Assembly (NCBI GenBank): GCA_008933835.1
Contig: WBUG01000004.1
Span: 27,005-91,004 of the forward strand
DNA from: Bacteroidota bacterium
GTDB taxonomy: Bacteria; Bacteroidota; Ignavibacteria; UBA10030; UBA8401
Reading direction: 5' to 3'
Length of the DNA stretch: 64,000 bases
Below are positions 1-10,415 of this stretch, in pieces. The position numbers and the translations under genes were made by a program. Within the stretch, counting starts at the first letter, position 1, and the number at the start of each line of letters is the position of its first letter. A model generated the notes under the pieces. That model was not told the origin of the DNA, ran no database searches, and was given only the letters and a program-made list of their open reading frames with translations.

Positions 1-1523
1 TCCGCGTTCCCATCCTCTTCGGTATCGACGCGGTGCACGGCCACAACAACGTGAACGGCGCCGTCATCTTCCCGCACAATGTGGGTCTCGGCGCGTCGCG
101 CGATGCGGCGGCGGTGCAGAAGGCCGCCGAGGTCACCGCGCGCGAGATGCGCGGCACCGGCGTCCATTGGGCCTTCGCTCCGTGCGTGGCCGTGGCGCGC
201 AACGAGCGGTGGGGTCGCACCTATGAGAGCTTCGGCGAAGAGCCGGACCTCGTCCGGAAGCTCGGCGCTGCGCACGTGAAAGGACTGCAGGGGGCCTCGC
301 TCGCCGGAAAGAACACGGCGCTCGCCTGCGTGAAGCACTACGTGGGCGACGGCGGCACCACCAACGGAAAGGACCAGGGGAACACCGAGGTCGACGAAGC
401 GACCCTCCGTGCCCTGCACCTTCCCGGGTACATCGACGCCATCGAGGCCGGCGCGCTCTCCGTGATGGTGTCGTACAACAGCTGGAACGGCAACAAGATG
501 CACGGCAACCGGTACCTCATCACCGACGTGCTGAAAGGGGAGCTCAAGTTCCGCGGCCTCGTCGTGTCGGACTGGTCCGGCATCGACCAGCTCTCGCCCA
601 ACTATGCGTACGCGGTTGAGCAGTCCATCAATGCGGGTCTGGACATGGTGATGATCACCACCGGACCGGGACGCCCGAACAACTACGAAACGTTCATCCG
701 CACCCTTGCGAAGCTCGTGAAGGCGAAGACGGTGAGCATGGCCCGCATCGACGACGCCGTGCGCCGCATCCTCACGGTGAAGATGGAGATGGGGCTGTTC
801 GAATCGCGCTACACCGACGCGGCCCTGCTGGCCGAGGTCGGGTCCCCGGCGCACCGCGACGCCGCCCGTGACGCGGTCCGGCGCTCGCTCGTGCTGCTCA
901 AGAACCAGGGAGGCCTGCTGCCGCTCCGGGCGGACGCCCGCCGCATCGTCGTGGCGGGCCGGAGCGCGGACGATATCGGCGCGCAGTGCGGCGGATGGAC
1001 CATCGACTGGCAGGGGAAGCGGGGTCCCGTCGTCACCGGCGGCACCACCGTGCTGCAGGCGGTGAAGCGTTCGGTCTCGAACCCGTCGGCCGTCGTGCAT
1101 TCGCCGGACGGACGACTGGCGGACAGCGGCGACGTCGCCGTCGTGGTGGTGGGAGAGGACCCGTACGCCGAGATGTTCGGTGACCGGGAGGACCTCGCCC
1201 TCGCGCCGGAGGATGTCGCGGTGGTGGAACGCCTGGCGGCGAAGGGTGTGCCGACCGTCGTGGTGCTGTTCTCCGGCCGTCCGATGATCATCGGTCCGGC
1301 GCTGGAGAAGAGCGCGGCGTTCGTCGCCGCATGGCTCCCGGGCACCGAGGGTGACGGCGTGGCGGACGTCCTGTTCGGACGGTACGCGCCGACCGCGAAG
1401 CTCCCGCACTCCTGGCCCCGCAGCATGAAGCAGGTGCCGGTGAACGTGGGGGACAAGCAGTACGACCCGCTCTTCCCGTACGGGTTCGGTCTCACGTACG
1501 ACGGAGCGAAAGCTTTGAAGTGA
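1..1523 (+). CDS. GH3 beta-glucosidase, 5'-truncated by window edge (N-terminal catalytic domain onward)
   Basis: Translation has GH3 hallmarks: the KHYVGDGG region and an SDW catalytic-Asp segment, plus the C-terminal FGLTYDG block; the frame is open to position 1. Confidence 0.85.
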   Translation, partial: RVPILFGIDAVHGHNNVNGAVIFPHNVGLGASRDAAAVQKAAEVTAREMRGTGVHWAFAPCVAVARNERWGRTYESFGEEPDLVRKLGAAHVKGLQGASLAGKNTALACVKHYVGDGGTTNGKDQGNTEVDEATLRALHLPGYIDAIEAGALSVMVSYNSWNGNKMHGNRYLITDVLKGELKFRGLVVSDWSGIDQLSPNYAYAVEQSINAGLDMVMITTGPGRPNNYETFIRTLAKLVKAKTVSMARIDDAVRRILTVKMEMGLFESRYTDAALLAEVGSPAHRDAARDAVRRSLVLLKNQGGLLPLRADARRIVVAGRSADDIGAQCGGWTIDWQGKRGPVVTGGTTVLQAVKRSVSNPSAVVHSPDGRLADSGDVAVVVVGEDPYAEMFGDREDLALAPEDVAVVERLAAKGVPTVVVLFSGRPMIIGPALEKSAAFVAAWLPGTEGDGVADVLFGRYAPTAKLPHSWPRSMKQVPVNVGDKQYDPLFPYGFGLTYDGAKALK

Positions 1524-1604
1524 CCACGGCCCTCCGTCCGTTCCGTGCATCGCGCCGGAAGGGACCGGGGAGGGAGGACGTTTTCCCCATTCATCAGGAG
1601 CACC

Positions 1605-2846
1605 ATGGCCAGCACAGCGGTTCCCACCAACACCCACATCGATCCCTCCAGCGGCGGCGATTACCGCGTTCCGCTGGCGGTGGTCACCATGCTCTTCTTC
1701 ATGTGGGGTTTCCTCACCTGCCTGAACGACATCCTCGTTCCGCATCTGAAGGCGGTCTTCGACCTCACCTACACGCAGGTGATGCTCATCCAGTTCACCT
1801 TCTTCACGGCGTACTTCGTGATGTCCATCCCCTCGGGGAAGGTCATCAACGCGGTCGGATATCAGAAGGGGATCGTCATCGGCCTCGTCACGGCCGGCAT
1901 CGGCACGTTCCTCTTCTATCCGGCGGCGAGCGTCCCGTCCTATCCGCTCTTCCTCACCGCGCTCTTCGTGCTCGCGTCGGGCATCACGCTGCTGCAGGTG
2001 GCGGCCAATCCGTACGTGGCGGTGCTCGGCCGCCCCGAGACCGCCTCCAGCCGTCTCAATCTGACCCAGGCGTTCAATTCGCTCGGCACCACCGTCGCGC
2101 CGTTCTTCGGCGGCCTGCTCATCCTCGGCGGCGCGCAGGCGCTCTCGCCGCAGGAGGAGGCGGCCTCGGTGCAGATGCCGTACGTTGGACTCGGCATCGC
2201 GCTGCTCGTGCTCGCGTTCGCGATGGCGAAGTTCCGGCTTCCGGTCATCGCGACGGTCGAGGACCATCACGCGAAGTCCGGCAAACTCTCTGACGCGCTC
2301 AAACACCGGCATCTGGTGCTCGGCGCGGCCGCCATCTTCGTCTACGTCGGCGCCGAGGTCTCCATCGGCAGCTTCCTCGTGAACTTCCTCGGACAGACCG
2401 AGATCGCGGGACTGGAAGAGGCCGCCGCGGCGGGATTCGTCTCGTATTACTGGGGCGGTGCGATGATCGGCCGGTTCGTCGGTTCGGCGATGCTGCAGAA
2501 GGTGAATCCGGGGAAATTACTCGGTATATTCGCATTGGTGGCCAGCGCGCTCGTTTTCGCGACGGTCGGGCTCACCGGACAGGCCGCGATGTGGACCATC
2601 CTGGCGGTCGGTCTCTTCAATTCCATCATGTTCCCGACCATCTTCACGCTCGGCATCGACGGACTCGGCCGGCTGACCAGTCAGGGGTCGAGCGTGCTCA
2701 TTATGGCCATCGTCGGCGGAGCGGTGATCCCGCTGCTGCAGGGGGCATTGGCCGATGCGTACGGGATCCAGACGGCGTTCCTGCTTCCGGCGGTCTGCTA
2801 CCTGTACATCGTCTACTATGGTTTCGCCGGCTCCCGGCATCAATGA
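1605..2846 (+). CDS. MFS sugar:H+ symporter, FucP (fucose/glucose/galactose permease) family
   Basis: N-terminus aligns to FucP (...LFFMWGFLTCLNDILVPHLK...); about 12 predicted TM helices; ATG at 1605 follows a GGAG-like RBS (the ORF-track start at 1545 is probably too far upstream). Confidence 0.8.
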   Translation: MASTAVPTNTHIDPSSGGDYRVPLAVVTMLFFMWGFLTCLNDILVPHLKAVFDLTYTQVMLIQFTFFTAYFVMSIPSGKVINAVGYQKGIVIGLVTAGIGTFLFYPAASVPSYPLFLTALFVLASGITLLQVAANPYVAVLGRPETASSRLNLTQAFNSLGTTVAPFFGGLLILGGAQALSPQEEAASVQMPYVGLGIALLVLAFAMAKFRLPVIATVEDHHAKSGKLSDALKHRHLVLGAAAIFVYVGAEVSIGSFLVNFLGQTEIAGLEEAAAAGFVSYYWGGAMIGRFVGSAMLQKVNPGKLLGIFALVASALVFATVGLTGQAAMWTILAVGLFNSIMFPTIFTLGIDGLGRLTSQGSSVLIMAIVGGAVIPLLQGALADAYGIQTAFLLPAVCYLYIVYYGFAGSRHQ

Positions 2847-3027
2847 TCTCTTCCGGTCCGGCACGGAGCGGCGCTTCGGCGTCCCTCCGCGCCGCACCGG
2901 ATGAACCGTGGTACGGCCCCATGCCCTTCCGTGCGCACCATATCGATCCGCGAACTCACCCCGGCGCACGGCCTTTCCGGCGCTCCGTTCCATCACCGAC
3001 CAAACACTCCATCGGATCCATCACGCT

Positions 3028-3858
3028 ATGAAGGCTGCCATGATCACATTGTTCTGTACCGCGCTGCTCGGCGCCGCCCTGTTCGGCTGCGGCGGCAAGG
3101 ATGACGACACTCCGAACGGACCGGCCGTACCGCAGGATTCCGTCCCCGCCGTACCGGGATGGACCCTCGTCTGGAACGACGAGTTCAACGGCACATCGGT
3201 GGACCCGAACAAATGGGAGTACGAGGTGAACGGCGACGGCGGCGGGAACAACGAACTGCAGTACTACACCTCGCGGCCGCAGAACTCGTACATCGACAGC
3301 GGCGCGCTCGTCATCTGCGCCCGGGAGGAATCGTACCTCGGCAAGTCCTACACCTCCGCGCGGATGCGGACGAAGTGGCGGGGGGAATGGACGTACGGCC
3401 GATTCGAGGTCCGTGCCAAACTGCCGTACGGCAAGGGACTCTGGCCCGCCATCTGGATGCTGCCGACCGATTGGGAGTACGGCGGATGGCCGATGAGCGG
3501 TGAGATCGACATCATGGAGATGCTGGGACACGAGATCAACAAGGTCTACGGCACCATCCATTACGGTCCCTCCTGGCCGAACAACCAGAAGTCCGGAGGA
3601 TGGTACACGCTTCCGACGGGGAACTTCTGCGAGACCTACCACACGTTCGTCGTCATCTGGACGAAGACCGGCTTCGAATGGTACGTGGACGGCATCAAGT
3701 ACTACAGCGTGTCGAAAGGGACGCCGTTCGACAAACGGTTCCATATGCTGCTCAACGTCGCGGTGGGAGGGAACTGGCCGGGCAGTCCGGACGGATTCAC
3801 CATCTTCCCGCAGCGGATGTACGTCGATTTCGTCCGGGTGTACACGAAAGCCGAATGA
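3028..3858 (+). CDS. GH16 endo-1,3(4)-beta-glucanase (laminarinase-like) lipoprotein
   Basis: Lipoprotein signal LLGAALFGCGG; GH16 catalytic motif GEIDIMEM (ExDxxE); the WNDEFNG and ELQYYT blocks. Confidence 0.85.
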   Translation: MKAAMITLFCTALLGAALFGCGGKDDDTPNGPAVPQDSVPAVPGWTLVWNDEFNGTSVDPNKWEYEVNGDGGGNNELQYYTSRPQNSYIDSGALVICAREESYLGKSYTSARMRTKWRGEWTYGRFEVRAKLPYGKGLWPAIWMLPTDWEYGGWPMSGEIDIMEMLGHEINKVYGTIHYGPSWPNNQKSGGWYTLPTGNFCETYHTFVVIWTKTGFEWYVDGIKYYSVSKGTPFDKRFHMLLNVAVGGNWPGSPDGFTIFPQRMYVDFVRVYTKAE

Positions 3859-3870
3859 ACGGAGAGAACG

Positions 3871-5133
3871 ATGTCCATGCATCCTGACCGCACCGCACCG
3901 ACCTTCCGGCGTTCCGTCATGACCGCCGCCGTGCTGCTCTCGCTCCTCCTTCCGGCCACCGCGGCCGACCAGCAGCGGTTCGTCACCGTCCGGGGCTCCT
4001 CCGTCATCGCACCGGACGGCACGCCGCTCCTCCTGCGCGGCATCAACCTCGGCAACTGGCTGGTGCCTGAGGGATACATGTTCAAGTTCACCCACACGAA
4101 CTCGCCGCGTCGCATCGACGAGGCGTTCCGTCAGCTGCTCGGTCCCGAACGGACCAAACGCTTCTGGGCCGAGTACCGAGACCGGTACATCACGCGGGAG
4201 GACATCCGCTTCATCAGGAAGAGCGGACTGAACTCCGTCCGCGTCCCCTTCAACTACCGCCTCTTCGTCTCCGAGGACCATGACACCCGTTTCGCCGGGC
4301 CGGGCTTCGAGATGCTGGACCGCGTCATCGGCTGGTGCCGCGAGGAAGGACTGTACGTGGTGCTGGACATGCACTGCGCCCCCGGCGGACAGACCGGCGA
4401 TAACATCGACGACAGCGACGGATATCCGTTCCTCTTCGAAAGCCCCGAAGCCCAGCAGCTCACCGTGGACCTCTGGCGGACCATCGCCCGCCGGTACGCA
4501 CGGGAGACCGTCCTCATCGGATACGACCTGCTGAACGAACCGGTCGCCACGTACTTCGACGCCTCCAAGTTCAATCATACGCTGGAACCCCTGTACAAGC
4601 GCATCGTCGCCGCGGTGCGCGAGGCGGACACCAACCACATCGTCTTCCTCGGCGGCGCGCAGTGGAACAACAACTTCTCCGTCTTCGGTCCGCCGTTCGA
4701 CCGGAAGAGCGTCTATACCTTCCATAAGTACTGGTGCGACACCACGCAGGCGATGGTGCAGGAGTACGCCGATTTCATGAAGCGGTACAACGTTCCCATC
4801 TGGATGGGCGAATCGGGCGAGAACACGGACCAATGGATCGATGCCTGGCGGCGGCTCAATGAACGGAACGGGTTCGGCTGGTGCTTCTGGCCGTACAAGA
4901 AGATGGATGCGGCGAGCAACATGGTCTCCATCACGCGGACGGCGGAATGGGATTCGGTCATCGCGTTCGTCAACCGGCCGAGGACCTCGTACAAAGAGGT
5001 CCGTGAGGCCCGTCCTCCGCAGCAGATCATCGACAAAGCGTTCGCCGACTACCTCGAGAACTGTCTCCTCGCCCGGTGCCGCGTCAACGACGGATACCTG
5101 AAGGCGCTCGGTCTTCCCGTGATGAAACCGTGA
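3871..5133 (+). CDS. GH5-family glycoside hydrolase (secreted; beta-glucanase/cellulase-like)
   Basis: Signal peptide; NLGNWLVPEGYMF and LNEP (acid/base Glu) and ESGEN-type nucleophile region typical of GH5. Confidence 0.7.
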   Translation: MSMHPDRTAPTFRRSVMTAAVLLSLLLPATAADQQRFVTVRGSSVIAPDGTPLLLRGINLGNWLVPEGYMFKFTHTNSPRRIDEAFRQLLGPERTKRFWAEYRDRYITREDIRFIRKSGLNSVRVPFNYRLFVSEDHDTRFAGPGFEMLDRVIGWCREEGLYVVLDMHCAPGGQTGDNIDDSDGYPFLFESPEAQQLTVDLWRTIARRYARETVLIGYDLLNEPVATYFDASKFNHTLEPLYKRIVAAVREADTNHIVFLGGAQWNNNFSVFGPPFDRKSVYTFHKYWCDTTQAMVQEYADFMKRYNVPIWMGESGENTDQWIDAWRRLNERNGFGWCFWPYKKMDAASNMVSITRTAEWDSVIAFVNRPRTSYKEVREARPPQQIIDKAFADYLENCLLARCRVNDGYLKALGLPVMKP

Positions 5134-6722
5134 AGAGTACGGTGCGGATACCGCCCCTCGCCGCCGTTCTGGCGGCGCTGCTCACGCTGCCGGCGATGAC
5201 CTCCGCGCAGTACGAGGACACCGGAACGAGGGGGACGCACTTCTCGAAGAAGGCGTACAGCGGAGTCGCCATCCCCCGGTTCGACGCACACCGTGCCGCG
5301 CTGCCGGCCCCCATCCTCCAGAACGATCCGCAGTTCGTCGACCTGTATTGGAAGGCCTGGGCGCTGGCGTTCGACCATTTCAAACGTCCCCCCGCCGGGT
5401 CGCCGTTCGTATCGGACTACATCGATGAGGCGTTCTCCCCGAGCGTCTTCCAGTGGGACACCATCTTCATGCTCATGTTCGCCCGGTACGGGCACGCGGT
5501 GTTCCCCGCCGTCCGCTCGTTGGACAACTTCTACTCCCGGCAATATGAGAACGGTTACATCTGCCGCGAGATCCAGGAGGCGGACGGCGCGGACTTCGTT
5601 TTCGTGGGCCGCGAACACACCGTCAACCCGCCCCTCTTCGCCTGGGCCGAAGTGGAGTCGTACCGCGTCACCGGCGATTCGTCACGCTTCGCCGCCGTCT
5701 TCCCGCCGCTGGTGAAGTACGCGGAATGGATCGAACGCCACCGCCGCACTCCCGGCACCGTCCATGGGTTGTACTGGAACACCGGACTCGGTTCCGGCAT
5801 GGACAACCTGCCGCTCACCGGTTCCGCCTGGGTCGACATGTCCTCCCAGATGATGCTCTTCTACGGGAACCTCTCGTTCATCGCCGGCGTCATCGGACGT
5901 GAGAGCGATGCGCAGCGGTTCCGCGCCATGGCGGACACCATCGGCGCCCGGATGAACCGGTATCTTTGGAACGAAGAGGACGGCTTCTATTATAATGCGG
6001 ACGATCAGGGGCGCCAGCAGCGGCTCCGCTCTGTGGCGGGATTCTGGCCGATGCTCGCCGGTGCGGCGGACGAACGGAAGGCACGGCGCCTGCTGGAACA
6101 CCTGCTCGATCCGGACGAGTTCTGGCGCGCCATGCCGTTCCCCTCGCTCGCGGCGGACGAACCGCAGTACGCACCCGACGGACGCTACTGGCTCGGCGGC
6201 GTCTGGGCACCGACCAATGTGATGATCGTGAAGGGATTGGAACGGTACGGACGGACCGGCGGGAATCCGACGGACCACGGCTTCAATGAGGTCGCGGCGG
6301 AGGCGGCGGAGCGGTACCTGGACGGCCTCGCGGCGGTGTTCCGCAAGACCGGCACGCTGTGGGAGAACTACTCGCCGGACCTGATGATGCGGGGGAGCCC
6401 CTCGCAGAAGGATTTCGTCGGCTGGACCGGATGCGGTCCCGTCCAATTGCTCATCGAGAACGTCATCGGCCTCCGTCCGGACGGCGCACGCCGCGCGCTC
6501 ACCTGGCATCTCCGCCGCATCGACCGCCACGGCATCGAACGGCTCCGCTTCGGCGATGTGACCGCCACCCTCATCGGACAGGCACGGACGAGCGTCGCCG
6601 CGCCGGCGGACCTGCACGTCGTCAGCGACCGTCCCTTCACCCTCACCGTCGTCCGTCCGGACGGCTCATCCGTCACGTTTGCGGTCCGGAGCGGCGCGCA
6701 GCGATTCACCGTCACCTTCTGA
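5130..6722 (+). CDS. Secreted (alpha/alpha)6-barrel glycoside hydrolase, GH63/GH37-like
   Basis: Signal peptide after a GTG start overlapping the upstream stop; trehalase/GH63-like signature RYWLGGVWAPTN; family assignment is tentative. Confidence 0.5.
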   Translation: MKSTVRIPPLAAVLAALLTLPAMTSAQYEDTGTRGTHFSKKAYSGVAIPRFDAHRAALPAPILQNDPQFVDLYWKAWALAFDHFKRPPAGSPFVSDYIDEAFSPSVFQWDTIFMLMFARYGHAVFPAVRSLDNFYSRQYENGYICREIQEADGADFVFVGREHTVNPPLFAWAEVESYRVTGDSSRFAAVFPPLVKYAEWIERHRRTPGTVHGLYWNTGLGSGMDNLPLTGSAWVDMSSQMMLFYGNLSFIAGVIGRESDAQRFRAMADTIGARMNRYLWNEEDGFYYNADDQGRQQRLRSVAGFWPMLAGAADERKARRLLEHLLDPDEFWRAMPFPSLAADEPQYAPDGRYWLGGVWAPTNVMIVKGLERYGRTGGNPTDHGFNEVAAEAAERYLDGLAAVFRKTGTLWENYSPDLMMRGSPSQKDFVGWTGCGPVQLLIENVIGLRPDGARRALTWHLRRIDRHGIERLRFGDVTATLIGQARTSVAAPADLHVVSDRPFTLTVVRPDGSSVTFAVRSGAQRFTVTF

Positions 6723-6752
6723 ACACTTCACGCGAAACCGGGACACACCATC

Positions 6753-8411
6753 ATGAGAAGCATCCTGCTGTTCATCACGCTCACCGTCACGGCGGCGGCG
6801 CAGGGGAGGCCCGCACCGGCCGTCGCCTTCACGTCGTCGAACCTCCCCATCGTGGTCATCAACACCAACGGACAGACCATCGTCAACGAGCCGAAGATCA
6901 CGGCGGACATGGGCATCATCGACAACGGCGCCGGCGTACGCAACAACCTCGCCGATCCGTTCAACGTGTACAACGGCAAGATCGGCATCGAGATCCGAGG
7001 CTCCTCTTCGCAGTCGTTCCCCAAGAAGCAGTACGCCGTCGAAACGCGCGACGCGGCCGGCGAGGACCTCGACGTCTCCCTCTTCGGCATGCCGAAGGAG
7101 GCGGACTGGATCCTCTCGGCGCAGTACAATGACAAGACCCTCATGCGCGATGTGCTGGTCTATACGCTGACCGCGTCGATGGGACGCTACGCCTCCCGCA
7201 CACGCTACTGCGAACTGGTCATCAACGGCGACTATAAGGGGGTCTACATGCTCTTCGAGAAGATCAAACGCGACAAGGGCCGCGTCAACATCTCGAAGAT
7301 GGAGACGACGGACGTGTCGGGCGACGCGCTGACCGGGGGATACATCATCAAGATCGACAAACTGGACGGCAGCGGTACGGACGGATGGTACTCCACGTAC
7401 GCGCCGTACCCCGGCTCGTCGAAGCGCGTCTATTACCAGTACCATGTACCGAAGCCCGAGGACATCGTGGCGGCGCAGAAGACCTACATCAAGAACTTCG
7501 TGCTGTCGTACGAATCGATGCTGAACACGACGATGTTCGCCGATTCCGTGAACGGCTATCCGAAGTACTTCGACGTTCCCTCCATGGTGGACGTGTATCT
7601 GATGAACGAATTGACCCGGAATGTGGACGGGTTCCGGTTGAGCGCGTACCTGCACAAGGACCGCGATTCGGTCGACCCGCGGATGCGGTTCGGACCGGTG
7701 TGGGATTTCAACCACAGCCTCGGCAACAGCGACTACTACGAGGGGGCGAAGACCACCGGCTGGCAGCTCGAGTACTTCCGGACGAACGCGGTCTTCCAGA
7801 ACGACGATTTCGCCGTTCCGTTCTGGTGGTTCAAGGTGGCGGGCGACCCCGCGTTCCGTACGAAAGCGGCCGAGCGGTGGATCCAGCTCCGGAAGGACCG
7901 GCTTTCCCTCGGACGCATCTTCACCATCGTCGATTCCATCGCGGCGCACATCGACGAAGCGAAGCAGCGCAACTTCGAACGCTGGCCCATCCTCGGCACG
8001 TACGTCTGGCCGAACGCGTACGTCGGCGCCACGTACGCGGACGAGATATCGTACCTGAAGACCTGGCTCACGTGGCGCGTCAACTGGATGGATGTGCAGC
8101 TGGCCGGGCAGTCGCTCGGTGTCGGCGACGGCGCATCCTCCGCGCCGTCCGGATACTCCCTCGAACAGAACTTCCCCAATCCGTTCAATCCCGCCACCTC
8201 CGTGCGATTCACGCTCCCGTCGGACGGACATGTCCGGCTCACGCTCACGGACATGCTCGGCCGAACCGTCCGAACCGTGGCGGAAGGGGCGTACGGGGCC
8301 GGAACACACACCGTCCGACTCGACGCCGCCGGCCTCGCATCCGGCGTCTACCTGTACCGCCTGCAGAGCGGTTCCACCACTCTCACCCGAAAGATGACCG
8401 TCACGAAATAG
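6753..8411 (+). CDS. CotH-domain (atypical kinase-like) protein with T9SS C-terminal sorting domain
   Basis: CotH-like blocks (YAVETRD, FDVPSMVDVYLMNELTRNVDG, LSAYLHKDRD) and the C-terminal LEQNFPNPFNPATSVRF...YRLQSG...TVTK T9SS type-A CTD. Confidence 0.6.
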   Translation: MRSILLFITLTVTAAAQGRPAPAVAFTSSNLPIVVINTNGQTIVNEPKITADMGIIDNGAGVRNNLADPFNVYNGKIGIEIRGSSSQSFPKKQYAVETRDAAGEDLDVSLFGMPKEADWILSAQYNDKTLMRDVLVYTLTASMGRYASRTRYCELVINGDYKGVYMLFEKIKRDKGRVNISKMETTDVSGDALTGGYIIKIDKLDGSGTDGWYSTYAPYPGSSKRVYYQYHVPKPEDIVAAQKTYIKNFVLSYESMLNTTMFADSVNGYPKYFDVPSMVDVYLMNELTRNVDGFRLSAYLHKDRDSVDPRMRFGPVWDFNHSLGNSDYYEGAKTTGWQLEYFRTNAVFQNDDFAVPFWWFKVAGDPAFRTKAAERWIQLRKDRLSLGRIFTIVDSIAAHIDEAKQRNFERWPILGTYVWPNAYVGATYADEISYLKTWLTWRVNWMDVQLAGQSLGVGDGASSAPSGYSLEQNFPNPFNPATSVRFTLPSDGHVRLTLTDMLGRTVRTVAEGAYGAGTHTVRLDAAGLASGVYLYRLQSGSTTLTRKMTVTK

Positions 8412-8427
8412 AAAGCACCGCCGCACC

Positions 8428-10398
8428 ATGAAACGATTCAGCATCCTCCTCCTGCTCATCCTCCCGCTCCGCTCCGTTCCGGCGGAGGGTTTCCTCACCG
8501 TCTCCGGCAAGTACATCGTCGACGGCAGCGGCAACGAGATCATCCTCCGCGGCATGGGTCTCGGCGGCTGGATGCTGCCGGAAGGCTACATGTTCCAGAT
8601 GTCCGCGTTCGCCAACGCGCCGTGGGAGATCAAGGCGAAGGTGACCGAGCTGGTCGGCGCGTCCAACGCCGCGCAGTTCTGGCAGGCGTTCCGCTCCAAC
8701 TTCGTCCGCCGCCAGGACATCGAACGCCTGGCGCAGCTCGGCTTCAATTCGGTCCGGCTCGCCATGCACTGGGAGTTCTACATGAACCCCGACGGAACGT
8801 TCCGGGACGAAGGCTTCGCGATCACCGACAGTCTGCTGCAGTGGTGTGCCGACAGCAAGATCTATCTCATCCTGGACCTGCACGCCGCCCCCGGCGGACA
8901 GAGCGCCAACAACATCAGCGACTACAATCCCGCCTACCTCTCGCTCTGGGAGAGCGAGGCCAACAAACAGGGGACCATCGCGCTGTGGAAACGGCTGGCG
9001 GAGCACTATAAGGACGAACCGTGGATCGGCGGATACGACATCCTCAACGAACCGGCATGGAACCTTCCGCCGAACAACCAGCCGCTGCGCGACCTCTCCG
9101 TGGCCATCACCAACGCCATCCGCTCGGTGGACACGAAGCACATCATCTTCGTGGAGGGGAACTGGTACGCCACCGACTTCAACGGCATGACCCCGGCGTG
9201 GGACGCCAACATGGTCTGGAGCTTCCACAAGTACTGGAACTCGAACGACATCGGCGCCATCAATTACCTGCTCACCCTCCGCAACACCACGAACCGACCG
9301 CTGTGGCTCGGCGAATCGGGGGAGAACTCCAACCAGTGGTACGCGGACTGCATCGCCCTGCTCGAAGCGAACAAGATCGGCTGGGCCTGGTGGACCCTGA
9401 AGAAGTTCGGCACCATCAACGGACCGTTCAACGTCCCCCTCACCGCCGAGTACAACGGCGTGCTGAACTACTGGAAGGGCACCGCCGCCAAACCGTCGGT
9501 CACGTACGCGATGAAGGGACTGATGGACATGGCCGAAGGGCTGAAGCTCGAGAACTGCGTGTTCAATGCCGGTGTCATCGATGCGATGATGCGGCAGCCG
9601 TTCACGGCCCAGACGCTCCCCTTCGCGGCGAACGCCATTCCCGGTAAGATCTTCCTGGTGAACTACGACTACGGAAAGAACGGATACGCGTACAAGGACG
9701 CGGTGTTCGCGAACACCGACAACAATTCGGTCTGGAACAACGGATGGACGTACCGGAACGACGGAGTGGACATCGAGAAGTGCTCTGACGCCGTCACCAA
9801 CGGTTACAACGTGGGATGGGTCGAGAACGGCGATTTCCTGCACTTCACGACGGACGTACAGCAGAGCGGGAAGTATGCGCTGACGCTCCGCGCCGCGGTG
9901 AACGCCGGCGGCGGATACGTCGGTCTGTCGTGGGACGGCGGGGCACAGGCACTCACCCCCCTCTCCGCCACCGGCGGATGGCAGTCATGGGCGAACGTCC
10001 CGCTCGGCACGGTGGACCTGCCGGCGGGGAAACATTCGCTGCGGCTCAGTTTCTACTACGGCGGATTCAACCTGAACTACCTCGATGTGCAGTACGTCGG
10101 GCCGATGAGCGCGGGAGAGGCCGTCGTCCCTCCGTCGCAGTTCTCCCTGGACCAGAACTTCCCGAACCCCTTCAATCCTTCGACGAGCATCCGTTTCCGC
10201 ATACCGTCGGACGGCCGCGTGACGGTGACCGTTTCGGACATGCTCGGGCGAGAAGTGCTCACGCTGGCGGACGGGCACCGGAACGCCGGTGAACATACGG
10301 TGCGCTGCGACGCTTCGCACCTCCCCAGCGGCGTCTATTGGTACAGCGTTCGGTTCGGCGGGGAGAGGCTCGTCCGTTCCTTCACACTCGTGAAATGA
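8428..10398 (+). CDS. GH5 glycoside hydrolase with a possible CBM6-like or discoidin-like middle domain and T9SS CTD
   Basis: Signal peptide; GMGLGGWMLPEGYMF, NEP and ESGEN GH5 blocks; C-terminal LDQNFPNPFNPSTSIRF CTD. Confidence 0.75.
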   Translation: MKRFSILLLLILPLRSVPAEGFLTVSGKYIVDGSGNEIILRGMGLGGWMLPEGYMFQMSAFANAPWEIKAKVTELVGASNAAQFWQAFRSNFVRRQDIERLAQLGFNSVRLAMHWEFYMNPDGTFRDEGFAITDSLLQWCADSKIYLILDLHAAPGGQSANNISDYNPAYLSLWESEANKQGTIALWKRLAEHYKDEPWIGGYDILNEPAWNLPPNNQPLRDLSVAITNAIRSVDTKHIIFVEGNWYATDFNGMTPAWDANMVWSFHKYWNSNDIGAINYLLTLRNTTNRPLWLGESGENSNQWYADCIALLEANKIGWAWWTLKKFGTINGPFNVPLTAEYNGVLNYWKGTAAKPSVTYAMKGLMDMAEGLKLENCVFNAGVIDAMMRQPFTAQTLPFAANAIPGKIFLVNYDYGKNGYAYKDAVFANTDNNSVWNNGWTYRNDGVDIEKCSDAVTNGYNVGWVENGDFLHFTTDVQQSGKYALTLRAAVNAGGGYVGLSWDGGAQALTPLSATGGWQSWANVPLGTVDLPAGKHSLRLSFYYGGFNLNYLDVQYVGPMSAGEAVVPPSQFSLDQNFPNPFNPSTSIRFRIPSDGRVTVTVSDMLGREVLTLADGHRNAGEHTVRCDASHLPSGVYWYSVRFGGERLVRSFTLVK

Positions 10399-10415
10399 CC
10401 CGGAAAGGATCCGTC

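Noticed and set aside
2956-4833. 625-aa minus-strand ORF
   Set aside because: Antisense to well-supported GH16 and GH5 genes. The composition is Arg/Gly/Ala/Pro/Val low-complexity, typical of stop-poor antisense frames in high-GC DNA; no recognisable domain.
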